DNA from: Basidiobolus meristosporus CBS 931.73
Lineage: Eukaryota; Fungi; Basidiobolomycota
DNA: 64,000 nucleotides
Direction: 5' to 3'
Assembly: GCA_002104905.1 (NCBI GenBank)
Contig: MCFE01000104.1
Coordinates: 1-64,000 of the forward strand
Under the pieces are notes generated by a model that made no database searches, was not told where the DNA came from, and saw only the letters and a list, made by a program, of their open reading frames with translations. A program made the position numbers and the translations under genes. Positions 50,209 through 62,877 of the stretch are shown one piece after another. Position 1 is the stretch's first letter, and every line of letters begins with the position of its first letter.

Positions 50209-53200
50209 TCAATGGGCTTTTCTGGTGATACGCGCGGAGAAGTTCTTGCGTCGATACTGAGTGGTGAAATCGTTGAGCAAACGACGTAACCGTCTCCAGT
50301 GTTGCTCACGAACCGCCCTTCAAAAAAGGATTAGTAATGTACACAGGACGAGGCTATGTTGATTCCAGATCACTTACACGTCATAATTAACGAAGAAAGC
50401 CTCCCGCTCTGAGGGACTCAAATGTTCGGCGGGCAGTTGATTGATTGCATACGCCACCCATTGGCGACTTTCGCTGGGAAACACCTCTGCCATAAATCCC
50501 ATGATGGTTCCAACATCACTCACGAAGTCCAGCGGGAACGAATGGATCAGCCCGTTGATGAGAAGCCCAACGAAGCTCGCTCCAACTTCTTGAAGGGTTT
50601 TGGAAATGGGATCCACAAGCGCGGGGTCAGTCTTGTGACGCGCAGTAATGGTGAAAAGTTGCGTATAGAAGTGGAAAATAGCACTCAAAGCTCGATGGTG
50701 CTCCAGGGAAAAGCCAGCCATACCGCATTGGAATACTGGCATGAGGAGTGGCGACTGTACAAAGGTTGTGTACATCTCCTCAATGAAAATAGTCATCATC
50801 TGAAAGTAATCCTCTACCACTGTTGGATGTCCCAATAATTATATTAGTGAGCTGTCGCAAGAAATCTTACGATGAATGTCCCAGTCACTTACCGTCGGGG
50901 ATCTCTTGGAATCCCTTCTCCTTCACAAATCTAAACATTGAGGAGCTCAATTTCTCCGCCACTCCTAGCAGCGGAATACCATCATGCTGTGCCTGTCCGG
51001 AATACTCGTCGATGGTCTTTTTGGCTACCCACAGATAGCATCCAAGCCCAGTTCGATCGAAGGTCTCGACCAATCTTTCAAGGAAGTTGGGCAGCAATGG
51101 CAAAAAGTCCTTGCGATAATAAACAACACAGCATTTGAAGTACTTGGAGATATTTTCTGCTAGATGAACGTTCCCGCCAAAGTTAACCAACAAGCTATCA
51201 CACACAGGCCAGAGTTCACTGATCAGCTGAATTAACGGATTAGCCTCGGAAGTATTCGAAGGGATGACATATTGGAAGAAAGTAGCAATCTGGTCAACAA
51301 GGTCTTGGCGCCATAAGACGTGGATGAGTACAATGAATATCTTCTAAATGCACGCATGTACTCTACCTCCAGCTTGGCGAACTTCGCTCTCCGATGCGCC
51401 TTGTCCTTTTCGAGCAATCTCGTGTAATCCTTGGGCAATGGGTAGGCAGAAGGTTTGCAATGTAGATAAGATTTTATCCATTGGGACGGCCGAGATGACA
51501 TGCGCTAAAGCCTCGGTGATCTCAATCAGATCACCTTGGCTTAATGACTTGGATGCAGAAATGTAGAATGGATGCAACTGATTCAAGTAATCTATCAAAA
51601 GCTAGGCAAAAGTCAACGTTATAGCCCCTTTGGACACATGCTTACACCACAACCAACCAACCTTGTTACAATCTTTACAAAGATATTTGAGGGCCATGGC
51701 GGATGCGGCAACAACTTCGGGGTCGTCAAATCCTGCTGAGATGTAGTCTAGTTGGAATGGAATGAACTCGGGATGCTCCGCGGTCCAGAAGGTGTAGCGA
51801 GCAATCACCAATGTTGCAGCGTAGCGGATTTTGGAATGCAGCGGAAGATTGGGTAGAATTTTCATAATCTCGGGTACAACGACGTTTTCGGAGCTATCTA
51901 CCTCGGCACCCATCGAACGAAGGGACATTAGAGGCGCTTCAATCACTTGCCAATTGCTTCGATCGAACGATGGATCAGTGATACATTTAACAAGTATGCT
52001 GTAAGGACGAGAAAGAGTCTCTTGTGACCCCAAAACATAGCAACAATCCTTCAATACATCACCAATTTCATGGCGGAAGTTCCGGAAATCATCTCGTTGT
52101 TCAGCGGTCCAAGCATTTAGATCCTGAGGGTAATGGAGATGCCCAATAATGATGTCGATAAGGGATCGGTAGATGTCAAAAAACTGAGGCTTCACTTGGG
52201 CATATTTCGAGTCGCTCAATTGATTTGCGAGAGAAAACCAGAAGTTGAATGTCATGGGAACAATATCCAAACTGGGGAACGCAACGCACTCAACGATCCC
52301 TTCGATAATCCCTCTGAAAGCACCAAAATTCTCGACAACTAAAGAGAGATATGCTTCACCAGCTTCGGTGAAAATGCGACAAAACGCCTTGTACTTGTCA
52401 CCATCATCAGTGTCTATCTGCTTCATCAACTCTCGGAGTGGAGTCAACTTGGGGTAGATTTTTTCGATCAACGGCATCGACTGCCCGATATCACTTGTCT
52501 GGTCGATAATTTCACAAACCACATCCACAGCAACGTCAAACAGATCCTCCGAGTTCAATGCCTCAAAAGATAGGTCCAATAACGGATTGCCGTGGAGTGT
52601 CATGATATGGATATTTCTAGTTTTGAGCCAACTATACAGGCACTTGAACAATTTTATCTGAACATCCACATTGTTGCCTGGACGGAGGTTAACACAAGTG
52701 TCAGCTAAATATGACAACACCATATTTGCATTGACCAACTCACCAGAATTTTGCATATAAACAACTAGCAACTGAAGCACTTCGCCGGAGTTTGATGCCA
52801 AGAGCTCTTTGGAGCGCCTTTGATAATCCTCATCCTATCAAAGTGTTTGGTCAACAAATGTACGCGAAAACTATACCGAATGGCGACAATATCATACCGA
52901 TATAGGAACTTTGCGATCACCGCTGATTTCCTCTGGAAGTACACTGAGGAATTCCAGAAGACAGCCTGCAGTTTCAGGATTGGAGGCATAGAGTTGAATT
53001 AACTGCTTCACAGGATCTTCCCAATCGTTCGCTTGCAAAGCTAAATTGGCTATGGAAAGGCAGAGTTGGGTGATAATGATATTGGGACCAGCGCGGAACT
53101 GGTGGAGTAAGTTGAGTAGAGAATCTCTAAGTGAATTCCTTGCGTTTGTATCCAACTCTTTTAGGTCGTATGTAATCTTTGAGAAACAAAGAATTAGCTT

Positions 53201-53497
53201 CTAAGAAACCTAACCAAGCCGTTATGACGTGTACATACTTTGGCTCTGAAAGTCTGTGCAGCAAAAAGGCGAGCCTCTAGCCCGACTTTCTCATGTCTTA
53301 TCAACACATCAGCAGTCGTCCATGCTTCAGTCTAGGAAGAATGGTTATTCGCAGTAGAGTCAAGTAAACTAAGTCGGACTTACTGTTTTTTGAAAGTCCT
53401 CTAGCCATATGTTGGCCTCCTCTTTCGTTGCGCTATCTGTGTTTCCGTATAGGGCCGAGAGGGCTTGGAGTACTCTGTCAATAGCTTCAGTAGACAT
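50209..53497 (-). CDS. MTR10: Importin-beta family transportin-3/Mtr10
   Basis: ALSALY..KEEANIWLEDFQK, RLFAAQT..KITYDL, TQLCLSIANLALQ, LLEFLSVLPEE, MTFNFWFSL, FRNFRHEIGDVLKDCC, WQVIEAPL, IRYAATLVIARY. Confidence 0.9.
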
Positions 53498-53938
53498 GTC
53501 GCAACTATGGCTTGGACAAACGTAGTTACAACCCACTCAATGTATTATTATATTATGGCACTAAAACAGATTGTTATTGATTTATACCAACAGCATCGAT
53601 AGCCATAAATAACAAGTAATTTTTTCACTCGGTGAGATATTGTCGAGAAACTCGATATTTTAACCAAAATGATCAAGCATTATGTATATATGCGGAATCG
53701 CAATATCAACAACGTATCAAAACCGGTGGACGTTCATCATCTAATCATCCATACGTTTGAAATTTAGACTTTCTCGAGCAATATTTCAGTCTAAGCTTTG
53801 AACTGGATTTAAGTGAAGATGTGATTCGTATAAATGATTGGGCCGTTCGAAGCCATATGCCAGAGCGAATATAACCAATTTATCAAGTGGAAAATTTGAT
53901 TTCTATACCTGTGCCATATTCGAAAGTTGTTTAGAACA

Positions 53939-54914
53939 ATGACTGCCCCTTCCAACCCGCAGGGTGGTGATGCCACACTCTTCGAGGGAAATGCCCAGCA
54001 AGACAGTCAAAATGTCTCCCCCAAAGAAATGAAAACGTTTGAACGTTGGAGAAAAAGTATCTTGTATATGACAGGCCAGATGGAAGAGGGTGAGATGCAG
54101 GAATATGAGACAACTGAGCTAGCACGCATAAAGCAGAAGCAGCATAAAAAATGTGAAAAGTTGAAAGAGCGACTCATGAAATACAGTAAGTGTGGCGGCA
54201 CGTTTGATACTTGATAACCACTAGTATTGATATGGTATTTGCGTTCAAAGGCCCTATGGTTACTTTTATGCTGGAGAACCTAAGAAAAGAGGGTGTCGAG
54301 TTTAGAAAAGAGCATTTCATTTGCATGGAATGCGATGAATCTCGCTGCGGTGGCTTCAGTCCAGATGGATTCGTTGCACTTTGCCAAAATCGCTTCATAA
54401 GCAAAAAGCACATGGAGGATACCATGTCCCACGAGCTTATACATGCCTATGATCATAGGTAAAATCACGACATTGACATTCTACTAGCTCTTTGACCGAC
54501 AAACTTACAAAATTTATCTACTTTAGCAAATATAATGTTGACTGGAACAATGTGTACCACGTCGCTTGTACAGAAGTAGGACATTAGCTGGCTGAAATTA
54601 GTGTTGGTGTATAGCTGACCCGATATTTTATTTTAGGTCCGTGCTGCTAGCTTAAGTGGCGATTGCAGTTGGTTGATGGAACTGAGAAGAGGCCATTTCA
54701 AGTTTACCAAGCAACATCAGGTATTCAGATATTCCGTTATGTTGTTGCTGATTGACAGTTGAGCTTAATACCATATATTTAGGCTTGTGTCAAGAGACGT
54801 GCCATTCTCTCATTGAAATCCAACCCCGAATTTGCTGATGTAGCAGAAAAGGCTGTAGGGGTGGTGTTCGAGAGCTGCTTCAACGATACAAAGCCATTTG
54901 ACGAAATTTACTAA
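53939..54914 (+). CDS. ATP23: Mitochondrial inner membrane metalloprotease Atp23
   Basis: YSPMVTFML, CDESRCGGFSP, LCQNRF, EDTMSHELIHAYDH (HEXXH), ACTEVRAASLSGDC, FNDTKPFDEIY. Confidence 0.93.
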
Positions 54915-55226
54915 TGACAGAGAACAGACATTGATCTGTGGACTTTAGATCATCCATATCTCCCATTCACTAGCATACCATCATCAATCTCATACTTCAG
55001 CGCATAGATGCATATAACCTAAACCCCAATCGTTAATACTATAAGTACTTGAATAAAGTTCAGAGTAGTTATGATAGAAAATTTCGTTCCAAATTGACCT
55101 GGATCATTGGATTCAATTCCATTGGAATGGATCATGCCTATCACTATACAGGTGATGTGGTAACTCTTTCAACATTACCTACTTTACCGCGAACCGTAAA
55201 ACTTGTGGAGTAATCGTACATAAAAC

Positions 55227-56307
55227 ATGAAAAGACTTTTTAGTGTTTTATTTATCCTTGCCTGGTAAAGCCTCCCATTTCAATTCGGCTGGAGGAAATC
55301 CTTGTCGTCCATTGGAACCACGGCTAACAACAATCGTCTTCCTTCTCGCTTAGCGTTATCTCTTTGGCTTTGACCCAAAGTGTTGCAAAAACTTTCACTA
55401 TTGAGGGAACGTTATCAAGTGGTGACAACCAACAAGGTCCATAAGCAAAACGAACCCGAGTATTTGACGGTCTCAAGCTGAGATTTCCCTCTAATTTTTA
55501 GATGCTCTCAACTTATCTTCGAACGTTCAAGTCACATTAAATAAGGGGGAATACTCCGCTTATGTCGCCAAAGATGGATCCTTCAAAATGTAAGATTCGC
55601 AATTCTAAGCATTGATACCACTTCAAGAGGCTTTCATCTATCCCATTTAACGATACTAATTTCTGTCATGCGCGATCTAGCCAAAATGTCCCAGCTGGTA
55701 ACTGGTTGTTAGAAGTTCGGGATAATACATACCTTTATCCCAAGGTAAGGGTCGCATTGAGCTTTTGATAAGCTGTGATGCTAATCAGCCTCTGAAAAAA
55801 GCTTCGCGTCGAAACTGGCCATACCGGCGCCAAGGGAATCAAGGTTCACTATTACCTGCCAAACAGTGAGTGGGAATACAAGGGATCCATCGTTCCTTAC
55901 CCATTAAAGATTGTTCCCTTCAAGAAGATCGATTACTTTATGGTAACGCTTGTTTGGTTAAATTTGAAAGTATGCCAAGTAATGTAATATTCAACCCACT
56001 GTGCGGTATAGGTGCGTGAAGGCTTCAGCATCGCCAGTCTCTTTGCTAACCCCATGATGCTCATGATGGGAGTTAGTGTTGTGATGATGTTCTTGTTACC
56101 CAAGATGATGGATAATATTGGTAAGTCATTCGAAGGTCTTCCATCTTACTATACCCTTTTGCTCACTGGCACCATATAGACCCAGAGGCCCTGAAAGAAA
56201 TCCAAGAGAATCAAGCTACCTCTCAGAATGTGCTAAACGATATGCCCAACATTTCACAGACTCTTGCCAATCTAATGTCCCCACAACAAAAACCCAAGAA
56301 GAAATAA
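55227..56307 (+). CDS. EMC7: ER membrane protein complex subunit 7 (DUF2012)
   Basis: Signal peptide, AYVAKDGSFKI.NVPAG.WLLEV..Y.YP, YF.VREGFSI.SLFANPMMLMMG..MMFLLPKMMDNIDPEALKEIQ. Confidence 0.85.
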
Positions 56308-56645
56308 GAACACTCGTGCTACAGTAGTGTACTTTCTCTTTTAGGCATCTATTGGCTTATTCATCATTTCTCACTTTTTTGCCTGCTTGCTTCGTGTCAT
56401 AAACCTTCAATAAAAAGTCAACCAAACATTGCAACGAGCAATACGCGCCTCTTGTGTTACCAAGACTCGTTTATTATAATAGAGGTCGAGAATCTAGAGA
56501 ATCACACTTCTCGATACAAGAAGAAAAATGAAAGAAAGTGAAGCACAGATCCCACGAAGAGGGAGTACGAAAATATTGGAAATGTTCATATGAACAGGGA
56601 GTAGTTGATCCACTATCAGGAGATTGGGTGGGACAAAGGCAGCGG

Positions 56646-58210
56646 TCATTGCGATGGATGAAGCTCTTGATAGCTAGCATTGGTTTCGTGGTGGGCGAAT
56701 ACGAATTGCTCAATTTGCTTCTTGGCAATAGCAGGGTCAACGGAAATACTGAAGCAACACAACGTCAATACCAACAGCTATCAACGTGCAATTGATTACA
56801 ACCACTTACTTGGCAAGCTTGGGAACATATTCCCCATTCTTGAATGTAAAGAACCTGGGTGACCAGTTTATGTCGTTTTCATCTCTCTCCTTAGCAATCA
56901 TTCTCTGGTTCTCTTCAATAGCAGTCTTCTCGTCTGTAGCAAGATCCATGTCCCTGTTTGTCAGTGCGCTGGTAACCTTCGACCACAGTCTAAGAGAGAT
57001 CGGTTACTACCGGCACGGATAGCACAATGTCAGATTGAACTACCTTCTGGATTCATAAGGCTCCTGTTCGTCTTCGGGAGCGACGATCTTGGGATATACT
57101 TGAGAGTTGGCGGCATCGAAGAAAAGAGTCCAAGAGCCCTTGCGCCCATTCTAACGGAGCACTCGAAGGTTAGTTCGTTTGGAGAGAGGGGATAACTGCT
57201 TGGGTACACTAACTTGGATCTCCCTAATCTCCATTTTGTCTGACCAATTTCCACCTATCTCATACAGCACTTCACCAGTCGACTCCTTCTTGATTGTTCC
57301 AGCAATTGCATTGTAGGTGCCCGTAAAGAAGCCCTTTCATAACAAGATGAATACAGACTGCGCAGAGTGACGACGTTAGACCAAGTAGAAACCTACCTTG
57401 GTCTTAAACTCCACGTTGCAGACGAAATCGTTCTGCGGACACCTAACCGTGATCGAATCGCCCAATTCCATCATCATGGTGCCGAATAGAATACCTCTGG
57501 CATACATGTTGGGATATGTGATGGTATAGTCCTCGTTGGGAATGTTCAAGAATTGGATCTTGGTGCTGCCCTGTAGCATACTTGCCACACTGTTTCCCAA
57601 GAATTTAGACTTGGGGCTCAGCTCGCCAGAGATGATGAATTGGTTGTCAGGGCTGTAAATTGCGTATCCGGAGATCGGTGGGTGATGAGACAGCTGCTCG
57701 CTAATATAAAAGGCCTCCGTGGAGTCGGGGAACATCCATTTGCAGCGGAAGTGCTCACCAAGCACAGGATTGTACGGCTTCTTCACACCCTTTAATTAAA
57801 AAGGCAACGTTTAGCTGACTGCGTTGGTGTGAACTGCTAAGCCGACGTATTACTTTGGGCTGGATATGCCATCCAGATAGGTAATATCTGACCACCTGAA
57901 CAAACCGCTCCAAAGGATCTTTCTCCAACGCAGTCCTTTATAGAAAAAGCAAGGGGATATCGTTTAGATACGGAAGAAACGAGCCAGCTGGAGTTTCGTC
58001 AAGCATCCAGCGCTATTGAAGCCATATTTACTTTCGAATCAGGTCGGGATGACTCATGAAGTCGGTGATTTTCTCCAGAAAACTCCTGGGCTCCAAAACA
58101 AATACGGGAAGAGTTACACGAGATAGATCCATGCCTCGGCTCAACTGAGAGATGATCCCCATGAGGATACTGCGAGGTTCTTCATCCAAAACTTCTTTAT
58201 TCTCACTCAT
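56646..58210 (-). CDS. Oxysterol-binding protein homologue, Osh6/Osh7 (ORP5/8-like) subfamily
   Basis: GMDLSRVTLPVFVLEPRSFLEKITDFMSHPDL, KKPYNPVLGEHF, EQLSHHPPIS signature, ARGILFG, KTAIEENQR. Confidence 0.9.
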
Positions 58211-58890
58211 GTCGTTGGGAAATTACAGTACCTGTTTGGAGCAACCCAAGGAGAGAGAAGGTTAGACTCCCATAAGGAGTAGAATAGGAACCTTGGAATC
58301 TACCTTCACAAAAACAACCAGCTCAGTATTGTTCAGTAAGAAAATTCGTGGTACCTCTAAGAATTATAGCGGTCTATCATGGCATATCATTCACTGGGGA
58401 TCGAAATCCCGGAAAATTACCATCTTATGTCGTGCATAAGGATTGGTGGATAATTGGGCGACGACATAGAGAATCCTGGTGAATATTCCCGTAATTATCG
58501 GGTAATTGGATGTTGCGCGTGGTTTTCTGCTAATCAAGCGGCCATGTAAGCGTCGACCGTTAATGTTGACATCACCTAATGTATCATCAGGGATTATGCT
58601 TAAATCGATTGCGTATCACTTGAGCAGTATAATCCATACAAATAGACGGAAAAGGCAGTAGAGACTTTGAGCTCCTACTGGTTCGGGCTAGAATATATTG
58701 GGTAATTCTTACTCACATGAGCCGCTTATGTGCAGTTGATTGATCAGTTTTCATATTTGTTGGCATGATTAAATACGGTGTAACTATGCTAGCAAGTATG
58801 ATTCAATGAGGTTTATTCGTGTGAATGTGGATGCTGGCGATCGATGATTATTGAAGAGATTACGGGGTATCAAGGGTTTTCTAGTGTTTC

Positions 58891-59466
58891 CTAGGGCTTC
58901 TTAATAAATATTGTCCAGCCGAGTTGCTGGAACTTGCGGGCCAGGGCTGGTGTTACTGCTGCTGTGATGGGGATGCGGATAGGCAACAGAAGTTTGTGTA
59001 TGCTGTAAGCGATGAGGAAAGTCGAAGTCAAGGAAGGCCTACCAACGGCTGTATCGTTCGCAGGGCTTATTTCTCCTTTGACCCCTTTCTTAACAAACTC
59101 CCATCCCCCGAAATTCTCCACCAACCAGTCCTCAAGCCCTTTTACAAAGCTTTCCCCACCTGTGCTTACCAGCCAGAAGGTCAAGGACAAATCGATGGCT
59201 GAAATACCTAGATAGGCAACAGTGGCGGTTTTCCCATACTTCGAAATCAATTCTTTCATTTTGCTGGGCTTTTTCGCCGGAGCGGCGCTGGAAGAATAGA
59301 GGCGAAGTGGTGGAGGACGGCTATAATTTATAGACAACAATTCAAACGGAGAGGTTGAGGCTGTTGGTCGCATCTTGGGTTGCCAACAGGGAAGCCCTTT
59401 GGTGTAGAGCTTCCAACCCGAAGAACACCGAGACAAACATGCTCTTGCAGTCGTTAGCGAGTTCAT
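58891..59466 (-). CDS. FAM210/DUF1279 family mitochondrial protein, intronless
   Basis: Arg/Ser-rich presequence, KMKELISKYG..YLGISAIDL, FLIAYSIHKLLLPIRIPITAAVTP. Confidence 0.85.
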   Translation of the reverse strand: MNSLTTARACLSRCSSGWKLYTKGLPCWQPKMRPTASTSPFELLSINYSRPPPLRLYSSSAAPAKKPSKMKELISKYGKTATVAYLGISAIDLSLTFWLVSTGGESFVKGLEDWLVENFGGWEFVKKGVKGEISPANDTAVGRPSLTSTFLIAYSIHKLLLPIRIPITAAVTPALARKFQQLGWTIFIKKP

Positions 59467-59758
59467 GTTGCAGAATCGAAAACCTTTTCCGGTTGGTGTC
59501 AAGTACAATAGGATACTACGCTATAGAGGATTGGCTTGCATCTCCATGGCGCATAGTGGAAAAATATAATGGCAGCAAAATTTTAATGAACTCAAGCAAT
59601 CCAGTAAACCAGAATTGGTGAGATAAAAATGGGCATATCTATTAGCCAGGTATTAGTCCAGATGTGGCTTTCGGTTCGAATTGCCCAATCTTATCTATGT
59701 CCAGACACATCGATAAAGAGCGGTTGCTTCAAAACGCAGCCAGAACTGAGGTATCCTA

Positions 59759-61259
59759 TCAACCTAGTGTTAGAGAGTTCAGCTTGTTTCTAGCATGGAA
59801 TTCTCTTTGAATTTGAATAATCCGGTGAAGCGGTCTGAGCAAGTCCTAGGTAAAATGTAAGTGTTCCGGATTGAATGTTGATGTACTAGAGAGTAGTTAC
59901 CTCCATAAGAAATTCCTCCGAGTCCCAGCCTAGGATGCCTATGGCTCTCCCCACAGCTTCCACCGTTGAGATACAAGTAGGCCTAGGTTCCCGTTTCAGT
60001 GCATGGTAAATGCTGGGTTCCGGACTGGGAAGCATGATCTTTCAAATGGTTGAGTATTGTCCTACAAATAGCAATGAGATGCATAGACTTCTAACCTGGC
60101 GTATTCTCTGTATCCGTGGATTAAATCTGTAGAGATACTTTGCATGTGACCATGTGCCGTCAATGGCTATGACAAGGTAACGAGGTGAGTTTGAATGGGA
60201 AGATCTTTGATCGCAAGTACATCCCAAACAATGCCACTTGTCAGTAGATGGCATATCGTTGCTTCTGGTCTGCAGTGTCTTTACATCGGTGGCATTTGGA
60301 CCAGGATAAAGTAGAAGAGGCGTATAGCTGTCATCATTCAACAGGACATCCAAGTCTAATTATCAAGCAGGTCGAGTTAGTGGCAGTGACTTGATGATCA
60401 TTGATTGCATATGCTTGCCTGGGTGCTTGCCCTCGCTAAAGTCTTTCCCCACAAATATATCACAATACTTGAATGTGTGCTTCAATATTCTCAATGTGCC
60501 GATACTGACTTGGCATTTAGGATGCTATACGTCAAATGGTCAGTTAATGCTATATCGATTGATGCTCAGCAGTATGCACCTGTAGAACAACGATGCGAAC
60601 ACGGCAATTACAGTACTGCTCGGAGGTCAACGAATCACAAATGCAGGAGTTCACCGGGCGCCAACAAGAAGCACAGTAAGATCTCCCCTTCTGGATGCCA
60701 GGAAAGTTCTCATCGCTAGAAATGGGCTTCAGGCCGCCGTCTAAGTGAGGCAGCATTGCAGTGTACGTTTAGCTCAGAACAAGCGTTGAATGCTGTACCA
60801 CAGAATTTGACCAACCAACAGTGTTTCCTCTCTTTCTGTTCTTCTCATCCGATTTAACAATATGCTCCCACTTTAAATCGCCAAGATAGGTACGTTTCCA
60901 AGACCAATATGTGTTGGTGTAATTGGCTGTGGAATAGTTGTCCACGGCTGCCTTATCACTAGTAGTCTCTGTCACCAGATCGTCATTATTTACCAACTGC
61001 TCTAACACAGTGCAATGGTGACGTTCAGGCCAACGCTTGAGAACCAAATCCTTCCAAAGTATGTCGCTCGAGGCCAGCTTCTCGAAGTGTGAGCAGGTCT
61101 AGGGAAGTGCGCTATTAGTATGACGGTTCAAGCGAAATAAAACAGCGCTTTAGGTGGGGGCATTACTTGGCTTACTCGGCACAAGTTGGCATAATCCAAG
61201 TAGGAAAACGTACGCAGTATCACTGACTGGGGAAGGGCTTCAAACACACTTTGAGTCAT
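59759..61259 (-). CDS. F-box + DTW-domain (DTWD2/TapT-like tRNA acp3U transferase) protein; predicted 7 exons, 375 aa
   Basis: Exons 61259-61167, 61098-60816, 60740-60580, 60524-60419, 60355-60096, 60038-59901 and 59845-59759 keep one frame. F-box LPQSVILRTFSYLDYANLCRVSQTC..LW; DTW motifs CASCWRPVNSCIC, LQHP, LLYPG, IDGTW, REP..ISTVEAV. Confidence 0.8.
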
Positions 61260-61496
61260 TTCCAAACAACTGGTGGCAAACCATATACTCTAAGTTTAAC
61301 CAAGAAGATTAAACACGATTGATTGTAAGCAAGAAAATCCAAGTGATTTCCAGCCAACACTGAGAAAAAAATTTCCCGGATTGTTGGCGAACGTTTTTTT
61401 TTTAAAAAAAAAGGAAAACGTCAATAATAGAGGGCGCAAGGGAATCGGCTTCGTAGAGTTTCGCTCTTGTATTATTCTGGTGGAAACGAACGTACG
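61260..61496. promoter_or_regulatory. 237-bp divergent promoter shared by the F-box-DTW gene and RPC40; T10A9 tract and RRPE-like TGAGAAAAAAATTT
   Basis: Head-to-head ATGs at 61259(-) and 61497(+); T-run 61394-61403, A-run 61404-61412. Confidence 0.6.
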
Positions 61497-62877
61497 ATGG
61501 ACAACACTGAATTGCTTCGGTCAAGAGTTATTTTGGAAAAGGATCACGTCAACAATGTACCGTTTGGAACCCCAGCTTTCTCGTTTGGTTGCACGGATTC
61601 TTACGACGTACCCTGATATAGGTATCCTCCTCTGATTTTCCAGGTGTTCACCCTGGTTACGACGATTCGTTTCAGTTGGAAACCTTCAAGAAGGTACGCT
61701 CAGCATCCTCGAACTAAACGCGTGTCTAGCCGGCAACTAATAACGTCTTGTAACAGAACTTGAAAGTCAAGATCTGGAGAGTTTCTCCCACCGAAATGGA
61801 ATTTGATTTAGTCGGTGTCGATGCCTCCATTGCTAACGCCTTCAGAAGAATCCTTATTTCCGAGGTGGATATGCTTTGTTTTGGATCCAATTAGTGCCTT
61901 TCGCTAAGACCTTCGTCTCAGGTTCCCACCATGGCCGTCGAGCATGTCTATTTCATGAACAACACTTCCGTAATTCAAGATGAGGTCCTGGCTCATCGTC
62001 TTGGTTTAGTCCCCATCAAGGCCAACCCCAATTCCTTCGAGTTCAAGAAGGGTAAACCGTTTTGTTACTGAACTATCGGTAGTACAACGTTCTAATGTAG
62101 CCCTCGAATTATAGCCAATGACAGTCCTACCGACTTGAACACCCTTGTCTTCAAGTTACACATCAAATGCGAATTCGACCCTCAGGACGACTCGAAATAC
62201 ATCAACGAGAAGGTCTACTCTAACGCTTTGGTTTGGGATCCTAAGGGAGACCAGGCTGAAAGATTTGCCGAGGACCCAGTTCGTCCCGTATTTGACGATA
62301 TCTTGCTCGCTAAGCTCAGACCAGGCCAGGAAATCGAGGCTGAACTCCATTGTGAGAAGGGTATTGGCAAAGATCATGCCAAGTACTCTCCAGTATGTAA
62401 GTGCACATCGTCAACGCTATATCCTTGTGTGCGTGTCCTTATCTAGCCTTCTCTATAGCCACCGCTTCATACCGTTTGCTGCCCGAGATTATTGTCCAGA
62501 AGGATATTACTGGAGAGCTTGCGGATAAGTTTGCCGCCTGCTTCCCACCTGGTGTTGTCGAGATAGTTGAGAAGAAGGGGGTTCGCAAAGCTGTCGTGGT
62601 TAATCCCCGTAAGGATACCGTCAGCAGAGAGGTGCTTCGCCACGCTGAATTCAGGGATATCGTTAAGCTCACTCGAGTCAGAGATCACTTTATCTGTAAG
62701 TTGCCTACGAACCTTCATCTACCAAACCACCCTCCTAACATCCACATCTTCGCAGTCAACATCGAATCCACCGGCATCATGACCCCTCCAGAGCTCTTCA
62801 TCCAATCCGTGCAGGCATTGCTGAACAAATGTAAGGTTGTCAAACAGGCTCTGGCCAATATCAACCAAAGTAAGTAG
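61497..62877 (+). CDS. RPC40: RNA polymerase I/III subunit AC40 (RPAC1)
   Basis: [94 protein letters not shown]. Confidence 0.95.

Noticed and set aside
59673-59681. GGTTCGAAT, a tRNA T-loop/B-box-like sequence
   Set aside because: No A box, acceptor stem or cloverleaf around it.
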